55,013 nucleotides of DNA from Terriglobales bacterium (lineage in GTDB: Bacteria; Acidobacteriota; Terriglobia; Terriglobales; Acidobacteriaceae). The position numbers and the translations under genes were made by a program. The DNA lies in contig JBBPYY010000112.1 of the NCBI GenBank assembly GCA_038199445.1, positions 1 through 55,013 on the forward strand. Reading direction: 5' to 3'. Under the pieces are notes generated by a model. That model was given only the letters and a program-made list of their open reading frames with translations, had not been told where the DNA came from and did no database searches. Every line of letters begins with the position of its first letter. Position 1 is the first letter of the stretch. Shown here one piece after another: positions 1 to 7,206 of this stretch.

Positions 1-2
1 CG

Positions 3-341
3 GTACAAGCCGAAGAATTGCTCACGGATCCAACCGACGGACCGGGCACAATGCTCCTTGCGCTCTATTCAGCTAAGTTGGGAGCGAACGGTGAAGCTCG
101 TCAACGCCTCAAGGAAAGCGCGTCACTGCCTGTGGACGACATCGATTCTCAACTGTACAAGGCAAGGACTTTAGAGCTTCTGGGAGAACGTGACGAAGCA
201 CTATCCGCTGTTGCTGCTTGTCTAAAGAAGGGCGTAACCCACTTCCAGATTGAATCAATGGTTGACATGGGCCTGCTACGAGCAGATGTTCGCTATCAAG
301 AAATTTCGAAAGAGCTTTCTGGCACCTCAACCGATTCGTAG
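3..341 (+). CDS. C-terminal fragment of a helical-repeat (TPR-like) protein; 5' end lies outside the window
   Basis: Frame is open from the window edge to TAG at 339-341. Translation is Ala/Leu-rich with a helical-repeat look (ARTLELLGERDEALSAVAACLKKG). No specific family recognised. Confidence 0.4.
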   Translation, partial: VQAEELLTDPTDGPGTMLLALYSAKLGANGEARQRLKESASLPVDDIDSQLYKARTLELLGERDEALSAVAACLKKGVTHFQIESMVDMGLLRADVRYQEISKELSGTSTDS

Positions 342-375
342 CCAACAAGCACAGCACTTCGAGGAGAAATTGCTT

Positions 376-1182
376 ATGAAGCAAAGAATGCTTTTGATTA
401 CGGTCTGCGCGCTCTTTGGGTTGGGCATCGGTTGTCACAAGCACGTTACATCCGTCGCCATCGTATCGCCGATTGGCACTGTAGATAACTATGTGGAAAA
501 AGGAGACGTACTTAAATGGGTCTCTTTACCTGGCGGGTCAGGCTTTACGGTGCGTTTCGATAGTGGCAATCCTTGTGGAGAAGCAGTAATTGAAAGAAAA
601 CCACCGGAGCTCACGGCAACTCCGGGAAGCGGAAACAATCCCGAGTACCAAGCGAGTTGTCGAGCTGCGAATGGAGGCTTCTATCTATATTCGATCATTT
701 TGCCTAGTGGAGGGGGGATACCCCCTGGTGGAGGATCAACTGGTAAAACTCAGCAGCATATTTATCACATCGGTAGCTGCGGCCAGTGTCCCCAAAATAA
801 AAATACTAATTTTAATATTGCCGCCCAATCGGATCATAAAGATGCTTCTATCTTAGAATCCTGTCCTACGCCTGACCCAAAGCCGAATGGAACACTAGTA
901 CGGCTAGACTGCTCGGGAAACACTGTGGAAGCGTCGCAGCCATGTCCAGCGCAAATCGCGTCGCCGGCGCAGAGTTATGTTTCTTGGTCCCCCTACCCGG
1001 TTGGTTCATGGACGGTCACGTTCCCTGCGGGGGGGTCTCCCTGTACAACACCCGGCCCGTTTAACACTGGATCATATTGCACTTACGCCCCCCAAACCGA
1101 GGGCAAAAGCTACCCCTACACTGTTACTTGTGGAAGCAACAAGACGGGCAACGGCACTCTTACGGTGCCGCAGCAGTTTTGA
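376..1182 (+). CDS. Cys-rich secreted lipoprotein, unknown function
   Basis: ATG at 376 gives MKQRMLLITVCALFGLGIGC, a signal peptide with a lipobox-like LGIGC. The mature part is Gly/Pro/Cys rich with many paired Cys. No family recognised. The ORF-track start at 250 is probably too far upstream. Confidence 0.6.
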   Translation: MKQRMLLITVCALFGLGIGCHKHVTSVAIVSPIGTVDNYVEKGDVLKWVSLPGGSGFTVRFDSGNPCGEAVIERKPPELTATPGSGNNPEYQASCRAANGGFYLYSIILPSGGGIPPGGGSTGKTQQHIYHIGSCGQCPQNKNTNFNIAAQSDHKDASILESCPTPDPKPNGTLVRLDCSGNTVEASQPCPAQIASPAQSYVSWSPYPVGSWTVTFPAGGSPCTTPGPFNTGSYCTYAPQTEGKSYPYTVTCGSNKTGNGTLTVPQQF

Positions 1183-1347
1183 GTTGGCTAGATTTAGATA
1201 GTGACTGATCGAGATGCAGAAAATGCGTCATTCACATGATGAAAATACTCTAACTTACACATCCAAAAACAACTTATAATTCGGCCAAAATTACAGTTTT
1301 TTAGTCACAGCTTGATATAATAGGAGTAAGTAGAAGAGTAAGCACAG

Positions 1348-1378
1348 AAAGCCCGGCATCCGCCGGGCTTTTCTGTTT
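1348..1378 (+). terminator. Rho-independent terminator
   Basis: GCCCGGC (1351-1357), loop ATCC, GCCGGGC (1362-1368), then TTTTCTGTTT. Flanking AAA/TTT extend the stem. Confidence 0.7.
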
Positions 1379-1381
1379 CCA

Positions 1382-1415
1382 GACCTAAGTCTGTACCGAA
1401 GTCCAGACTTAGGTC
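1382..1415. repeat. Perfect 12-bp inverted repeat with a 10-nt spacer
   Basis: GACCTAAGTCTG (1382-1393) and CAGACTTAGGTC (1404-1415), about 50 nt upstream of the ATG at 1466. Followed by CTTTGCTTTG. Confidence 0.8.
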
Positions 1416-1465
1416 CTTTGCTTTGAAGACTTTGAGACTTTCAGTACGGGATAGGTACCAAACAC

Positions 1466-2386
1466 ATGTCAGAGCCAATCAACATCACAGACCAAGCGGT
1501 CCAAACGATCACGCTCAAGCGCTACCAGTGCCGCCACATCTTCACCGACGGACGCCGCTGCGGCAGCCCCTGCCTCAAGCGCGAAGAGTTCTGCTACTAC
1601 CACCACACCACCCGCCGCGCCGCCGCCAGAACCCGTAGTACCCACGCCGGGCAAACCGGAGCCGAGCCCGCCGAAGCCGAGCACGCCGAATTCGACCTAC
1701 CGCTCACCGAAGACCGCTCCGCCATCCAGATCTCCATCGGCGAAGTGCTTCGCCGCATCGCCCGCAACCAGATCGACCCCCGCCGCGCCGGATTGCTCCT
1801 GTACGGACTCCAGATCGCCAGCCTCAACATCGCGCGCGCCGCCGAACCCGCCCGCGATAAGGAGCTCATCGAAGAAATCACTGCCCACCCCGAACTCGGC
1901 ACCCTCGCCCCCACCGCCGAAATGACCGATCCCGCAGAAAAGCGCTCCTTCGCCACCACTCTCATCGAAAAATTCAACCGGAAGCAAGCCGAACAACGAC
2001 AAGCAGCCGCAGCAAGCGCAGCCGCAGCCGATAAAGCAGCCGCGAACCAATCCGCGCAAAGCGTTCCACCCATCGCCGCCAGCCCCATCGCCGACCCAGC
2101 CGCCGAAACCGCCATCCTCCCGCGAGTCCAGGCCTGCCGCTACCGCCGCGCCCAACAGAAACGCTGCCATCTTCACCCTGCGCGCGCGACCAGCAAAGAT
2201 CCATCTACCATCCGCGCTCCCAACTACCACCGCCTGTTTCTACAGCGGAGACTCCCAGACTTCCATCGTCCGAAACGGCCCTCCTTTCCTCCCGTCGTCT
2301 TATCATGCTGGCATGATGACGCGTTTGGATGCGGCCGAAGCCCGGGTGCTGGGTTCGCTGATCGAAAAGGGAATTACAACTCCTGA
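1466..2386 (+). CDS. Hypothetical protein with an N-terminal Cys/His cluster (putative zinc-binding); 3' end uncertain
   Basis: MSEPINITDQ... carries C-R-H-x7-C-x3-C-x6-C-YY-HH within residues 22-47, followed by a helical region and an Ala/Gln-rich linker. The last roughly 90 aa are Arg/Pro/His rich and overlap the next gene by 74 nt. Confidence 0.55.
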   Translation: MSEPINITDQAVQTITLKRYQCRHIFTDGRRCGSPCLKREEFCYYHHTTRRAAARTRSTHAGQTGAEPAEAEHAEFDLPLTEDRSAIQISIGEVLRRIARNQIDPRRAGLLLYGLQIASLNIARAAEPARDKELIEEITAHPELGTLAPTAEMTDPAEKRSFATTLIEKFNRKQAEQRQAAAASAAAADKAAANQSAQSVPPIAASPIADPAAETAILPRVQACRYRRAQQKRCHLHPARATSKDPSTIRAPNYHRLFLQRRLPDFHRPKRPSFPPVVLSCWHDDAFGCGRSPGAGFADRKGNYNS

Positions 2387-2960
2387 CTATTACCCGCTCT
2401 CGCTGAACGCGTTGATGAACGCGTGCAACCAGAAATCAAGCCGCGAGCCGGTCATGACGCTCGACGACAGCGAGGTGCGGCAGGCGCTGCATGGATTGCA
2501 ACAGCGCGAGCTGGTGCAGGGGCGCGGCGACAGCCGCGTAGGCAAGTATGAGCACCGCCTGCAGGATGTCTTCAACTTGAATCGGGCGGAGACCGCGGTG
2601 ATCTGCCTGCTGCTGCTGCGCGGAGCGCAGACGCCGGGGGAATTGCGCTCCCGCGCAGACCGGCTGTATCAGTTCGAAGATCCAGCGCAAGTGCAAGCTA
2701 CGCTGCAGCGGCTGATGGAGCGCGAAACTCCGCTGGCGCGGGTATTGCCGCGGCAGCCTGGCATGAAGGAAGTGCGCTACGTCGAGCTTCTCTCCAAAGA
2801 CGTTCCGGACGATGCATCTTCCCCGCCGCCCGCGAGAGAGGGTTCCGCTTCGGGTGGCCGGCACGCGAATCTGGAAGCGCAGCTCGCAGAATTGAAAGAT
2901 GAGATCGCAGAGCTAAAAGATGAGATCGCGGCGCTGCGGGCGCGCCTCGACCGCCTTTAA
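2313..2960 (+). CDS. yceH: YceH family protein (DUF480/UPF0502)
   Basis: Strong resemblance along the whole length to E. coli YceH: LDAAEARVLGSLIEKGITTPDYYPLSLNALMNACNQKSSREPVM, LLLRGAQTPGELRSRA, and a C-terminal coiled coil. Confidence 0.9.
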   Translation: MMTRLDAAEARVLGSLIEKGITTPDYYPLSLNALMNACNQKSSREPVMTLDDSEVRQALHGLQQRELVQGRGDSRVGKYEHRLQDVFNLNRAETAVICLLLLRGAQTPGELRSRADRLYQFEDPAQVQATLQRLMERETPLARVLPRQPGMKEVRYVELLSKDVPDDASSPPPAREGSASGGRHANLEAQLAELKDEIAELKDEIAALRARLDRL

Positions 2961-2987
2961 GGAATATAGGTTCATCGTTACGCCCCT

Positions 2988-4571
2988 TTACCGGGCGGAG
3001 AAGCGGTTGGTTCCGTGCTTCGGATCGTAGTCGAAGTGCACCAGCCCATCGCGATAATCGATCTGCATCACGAGAAATTGCAGAGTTTCATAGCCCAGGA
3101 GCCCGCTAGCCTCCACGCCCTCGGTCCCCGTGACGTGGTCCAGATTGAAGACGACAGCCCTGTCCAACTTCTGCCGAATTCCTGCAAAAGTGAGCTCGAC
3201 TTTCTTTGCCTCGAAGACCTCTGTGACCTGGCCGCTGAGGCCGACCACTCCGTTGTCCCGATTGCGCGACACCTGAGTAACAGCGGCAGCGGTTGTAGGC
3301 GAAAGGATGGTCGTATAAGCGCCTGTATCGAGGAGGAACCAGTGCACCTTGGAGTCACCAAGGCCCACCGGCACCATGAGTTCATGATCGAAGCGGAGAA
3401 CCGGGGTCCAGTCCTTCATCGCCGGCGCAACGTAGGCATCTGTAACCGGCGCGACGCCGGCATCCCGCGGTTTGCCGGGGAGCGGGGGGAGGGGATCCAC
3501 CTGGATGAAGTGCTCGGGAAAATCGATGGTGAGCAGGTAGTCCTTGAAAACGTCGCCACCAATCAGTCCGTCTTCGTCGGCGATGCTGCGCTTGTTGCTG
3601 ACCTCGACCAGACAGTTTTTAAACTCGAATTGCCCGATTTTGAGATCGTCCGCCATGGCGGAATAACTGGTTTGCGCTCCATCGTCGCCGATGCCGTAAA
3701 ACCTGGTATGGGTGAGCGGCACAAGGCCCGCATTGGCTGCGAGCCCGCGACGGAGGATGATGCCACGGGCGCCGGTGTCGATCTGCAACCGCGCGGTCGC
3801 CTTGTTGTTGATGCGTACGTCTAGGCCCAAGTGGCGAACCGTTACTGCGTCTTCCATGATGTAACTGAAAGGCAGCGTCATCGAGGCTGCGGTCGAGATG
3901 ACCTTGCATTTGCCGCGATCGGTCTCTGCGTTGCTCAGGGTCTCTAACTTCGCGAGCTCGGAGGAAAGCGACAGCTTTTCTTTATAAGGAAGATCGTCAC
4001 TCTGTAGGCGCTTGGTCCAGACAGCCATGCGCGCGGCGATCGGCTGATTTTCGAGCCATGCGTCGGTAATTTCAGGGTCGTCGGGAGACAGCCGGTGGGC
4101 GGAGTTGAGGCGATCTCGAGCGCTTGCGTTCATCGAGGAAGCCTGAAGATATTTTGCCGTAGCGTAGAAGGCGCGGGGATTACAGGGATCGAGTGCGAGG
4201 GCCCGCTCGAGCGCCGCGCGGGATTCGGCCAGGTTGGCGCGTCGGAACTGGATCTCGGCCAGGTTGGCAACCAGTGTGGCTGAGCGGGGCAGGAGTTTGA
4301 TTGCATCGAGCGCGGTTGCGATCGCTGCATCGGCGTCGCCAAGGTAGAGCTGACTGAGGATCAGTCCGCTGAAGGAGGCCTCTGAAGGGGGGGCGTCACT
4401 CTCAACTTCCGCGGTGTAAAGTTTTTCTGCGGCGGCCAAGTGCCAGCTGCGCAGAGCAGTATCGGCCGGCGTCGCAGCACGAACGTGCACGACGGGGCAC
4501 GGATTGCCAAATGCGGGGCAGACGGTCAGCAGAATAAGGCAAAACAAGTGAAACAGGCGCAGCCGGAGCAT
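2988..4571 (-). CDS. Secreted retropepsin-like aspartic protease with N-terminal TPR repeats
   Basis: Signal peptide MLRLRLFHLFCLILLTVCPAFG, TPR-like helices, and two D-T-G-A motifs (QIDTGARG, LLDTGAYT). Confidence 0.65.
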   Translation of the reverse strand: MLRLRLFHLFCLILLTVCPAFGNPCPVVHVRAATPADTALRSWHLAAAEKLYTAEVESDAPPSEASFSGLILSQLYLGDADAAIATALDAIKLLPRSATLVANLAEIQFRRANLAESRAALERALALDPCNPRAFYATAKYLQASSMNASARDRLNSAHRLSPDDPEITDAWLENQPIAARMAVWTKRLQSDDLPYKEKLSLSSELAKLETLSNAETDRGKCKVISTAASMTLPFSYIMEDAVTVRHLGLDVRINNKATARLQIDTGARGIILRRGLAANAGLVPLTHTRFYGIGDDGAQTSYSAMADDLKIGQFEFKNCLVEVSNKRSIADEDGLIGGDVFKDYLLTIDFPEHFIQVDPLPPLPGKPRDAGVAPVTDAYVAPAMKDWTPVLRFDHELMVPVGLGDSKVHWFLLDTGAYTTILSPTTAAAVTQVSRNRDNGVVGLSGQVTEVFEAKKVELTFAGIRQKLDRAVVFNLDHVTGTEGVEASGLLGYETLQFLVMQIDYRDGLVHFDYDPKHGTNRFSAR

Positions 4572-4904
4572 GTATGTTTTTTACCAGGAGAGAGCACTCT
4601 GGCGTAAGTGACGCATGCATCAATAAGCTGCAAGCTATTGGCTGAAGCCTACACGGGTAAGGACACGGGATCTGGACCCGGACAGGAGACCGTTCGTTCA
4701 CCGCGAGTTCTGAGGCGTTTATTACCGTGAATGGGGCGCTGGTGAAGACGCAGATAATCAACCAAAATATCACCGTGGATCATGACTCGGATTATTTTAA
4801 GAGTGACGCGAAGACTGACTTCTTTGATCCTTCCGGGGCATTGTTGATCCAGGGATGTGCGACTGCGACGGCAAGCCGCTACAAGTGAGCCCTAGGCTTA
4901 AAAG

Positions 4905-4931
4905 GAAGAAGGCCCGCGAGGCGGGCCTTCT
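4905..4931 (-). terminator. Terminator hairpin downstream of the 4964-6118 gene (near-palindromic, possibly bidirectional)
   Basis: AGAAGGCCCG-cgagg-CGGGCCTTCT. On the minus strand it is followed by TCCTTTT. Confidence 0.6.
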
Positions 4932-4963
4932 TTGCTGGGGAGGGCCGGGTCATTGCGGGGTGG

Positions 4964-6118
4964 TCATTGGTCATTCCCCTGGGGATTACTGACCGCGGTC
5001 AACGATCCGAATCTGCCGTCTTGTTCCGCGTTGAGTCCCGAGGAGAAGAAGATGGAGGTCGCCGAACCGGAAGTGGTTCCACCGCCGGGAGAAAGCGCCC
5101 AGAGACGCTCAATGACCAGGGTATTTCCCTTGTCATCTTGCAGCTTGCCGCGGAATTTGCCGGTAGCAGGGTCAAAGGCGAGTATCTCTCCGCTGCGAAG
5201 TTGACCAACCAGGATGTTGTGGCTGAAGGCGCCGAAATCGCTGGGCGCCATCGTGAGTGCCCAGGGCGCGTTGAAGAAATTACCACGTTCAAACCGCCGC
5301 AGGAAATGGCCTGTGGGCGTAAACACTTTTACGAATCCATTGTTAGGTCCGGGGACTTCGTCATGTTTCGCAGCGTCCTGCAACGCATAAGCGACGTAGA
5401 TATCGCCACCAATATTCTGGACATTGAAGGGGGCATATCCGCCCTCGTCATCTGAATCGTTGTCCGGATCGTCGGCATCGCCCCGGGCCGGCCCGCCGAA
5501 GGAGCTGACCTTTTGGAATTTGCTGCCATACATCTGCACCTTTCCCTGGCGGAAATCAGCAACGTAAAGATAGGTTCCGGTTTCGTGACCTGTGAAGGCG
5601 GCTGTTGCGATGGTGGCTCCTTTAAAGACGGATGCCGATTTGTTGTTCACGATGATGACGGATGAGTGCAGCTGCACGCCGGGGTTCCAGCCGGAGATGG
5701 TCCCGTCTTCTGTGACGAAGATGAAAAATGCGGGTGCCTTTGGCCCCAATAAGAATGCATTCGGATTGCCATTGAAGACCGCCCCGGTTGGAGTGCCGGT
5801 CTTCGTGCTGGGATCGCTGGGCGGGATGGTGACGATGAGCGGCTTTGCCGCGCCCTTTCCGTCGTAGAGCGTGGCAACGCCAGTTCCGTTGTCGGAAACC
5901 CACCATGGGCTGCCGGAGCTGCGCGCCATGCCCCATGGATTGACGAGGTTGGTGTCGACGTTGGGCGCCTTGCCGGACAAATCGGAAACAAGATTGGTTT
6001 GGGTGTACTGCCGTGACAGATCTGTAGCTTGCCCGAAGGCATGGATGCTGAAGGCTGCGGTCAGGAGACAAAGAGCCAGCCATCGCGCGGCTGAGGGAAG
6101 GCGAAGTGTGCGGTGCAT
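4964..6118 (-). CDS. TIGR03118-like secreted beta-propeller protein
   Basis: Signal peptide followed by YTQTNLVSDLSGKAPNVDTNLVNPWGMARSSGSPWWVSDNGTGVATLYDG, which I recall as typical of the TIGR03118 family. Confidence 0.6.
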   Translation of the reverse strand: MHRTLRLPSAARWLALCLLTAAFSIHAFGQATDLSRQYTQTNLVSDLSGKAPNVDTNLVNPWGMARSSGSPWWVSDNGTGVATLYDGKGAAKPLIVTIPPSDPSTKTGTPTGAVFNGNPNAFLLGPKAPAFFIFVTEDGTISGWNPGVQLHSSVIIVNNKSASVFKGATIATAAFTGHETGTYLYVADFRQGKVQMYGSKFQKVSSFGGPARGDADDPDNDSDDEGGYAPFNVQNIGGDIYVAYALQDAAKHDEVPGPNNGFVKVFTPTGHFLRRFERGNFFNAPWALTMAPSDFGAFSHNILVGQLRSGEILAFDPATGKFRGKLQDDKGNTLVIERLWALSPGGGTTSGSATSIFFSSGLNAEQDGRFGSLTAVSNPQGNDQ

Positions 6119-6245
6119 AAAACCTCCGAGTGCGAAACGCTGTTGGCGCTTAGGATGCGCCTGCTACGGCAATGGGCTAAATGTTACCGGTGACGTGAGG
6201 TACGATATGTCACGCCAAAGTCACCGGTTTGTCAAAACGACAATT

Positions 6246-6280
6246 GGTTGTGGAGACAGATTCGCGGGGTTGTGGAGACA
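6246..6280. repeat. 13-nt perfect direct repeat, two copies 22 nt apart
   Basis: GGTTGTGGAGACA at 6246-6258 and 6268-6280, each followed a few nt later by TTCGCG. Lies upstream of the minus-strand gene that starts at 6118. Confidence 0.8.
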
Positions 6281-6296
6281 AAGGTTCGCGCGATCT

Positions 6297-6902
6297 CTAT
6301 GCCGATTCCGGTGCATCAGTCCACTCGAAGCCGCAGGAGTCGCATCTCCACTGATTCACCGGCTCAACCGATTCGAGCAATGGATCGCTGGCGCTGCAGC
6401 GGGGACAGTCTGGTGAGGCGTAGACGTCTGGTTCTTCGATTTGCGGGTCGAAATCGCGGAGCTTCTCTGGGGTCAGCAGAGATAGAGTTTGCACCGCGCC
6501 TTCATAATCGTCCTCTGCAACCTGAAGCATCGTGCGATAGAACGGGTCGCGATTGTCGGACCTGTATGGATCGAGGAATGACTCGATGCCGGATTGCTGC
6601 AGAGCCGCTTTCACCCGAAGCGCATTATCACGGGTGTCGAAGTAGCGCAGGTCTACCTTTGTCGACATGTAGGTTTCGAGCTCGTCAGATGCCGTCTCGC
6701 CGGTAGATTGCGTGTCGGATTCGAGTGTTCTGAGGTCTGTGCGGAAATTAAGAGTGGGATCGGTCCAGCGCATTTTTTCGTCGGGCGTCGTGTTGAAGAA
6801 GACGCTCGATGGCTGGCGCGGTTCGAGTGCGGCCAGCGCAGCTGTTCGCGTTACCTTGGGCTTTGGAGGCAGTTCCCTCTTCTTAAGCTCCGCGTAAGAC
6901 AT
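6297..6902 (-). CDS. DUF2007-like domain protein with a C-terminal zinc ribbon
   Basis: VDLRYFDTRDNALRVKAALQQSGIESFLD...MLQVAEDDYEGA resembles the small DUF2007 fold. The C-terminus is CPRC-x19-CDSC. Confidence 0.5.
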   Translation of the reverse strand: MSYAELKKRELPPKPKVTRTAALAALEPRQPSSVFFNTTPDEKMRWTDPTLNFRTDLRTLESDTQSTGETASDELETYMSTKVDLRYFDTRDNALRVKAALQQSGIESFLDPYRSDNRDPFYRTMLQVAEDDYEGAVQTLSLLTPEKLRDFDPQIEEPDVYASPDCPRCSASDPLLESVEPVNQWRCDSCGFEWTDAPESA

Positions 6903-7011
6903 CTCGAGCAGCGTCGGTGAGAGTGTTCTGCTGGTGCAAGAGCTCCATCAACTCGATGTCACTCATCGCGGCATACAGAACCATCAGGTCATCTTGTTGG
7001 CCGGAGTTCAT
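6883..7011 (-). CDS. 42-codon ORF overlapping the start of 6297-6902; possibly its frameshifted N-terminus
   Basis: Hand translation gives MNSGQQDDLMVLYAAMSDIELMELLHQQNTLTDAARDVLRGA. It overlaps the downstream ATG (6902) by 20 nt in a different frame. Confidence 0.35.
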   Translation of the reverse strand: MNSGQQDDLMVLYAAMSDIELMELLHQQNTLTDAARDVLRGA

Positions 7012-7206
7012 ACGACTTCGCCTCAGGGTGTTCAGCGGGCAAATTACTTATACATATAAAGTGACGGCGAACGCCTCAAGCTTCGCCAGATAGGAACGAT
7101 TCGATAGCCACGATTCTGGCACGCACTATCCAGATATGCACCATATCGTTGCGCGAAGTCACTGCGAGGGTCGCGGTCTCGGCGCTATACTCGAGGCCAC
7201 GCAGCG

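Noticed and set aside
4726-4887. A 53-codon GTG-initiated plus-strand ORF (VNGALVKTQIINQNITVDHDSDYFKSDAKTDFFDPSGALLIQGCATATASRYK) in the 390-nt gap between two minus-strand genes, ending just before the hairpin at 4905-4931
   Set aside because: It has no ATG start, no Shine-Dalgarno sequence and no recognisable family. The region is more simply the long 5' leader or promoter of the protease gene. Worth a glance in ribosome-profiling data but not supportable from sequence.
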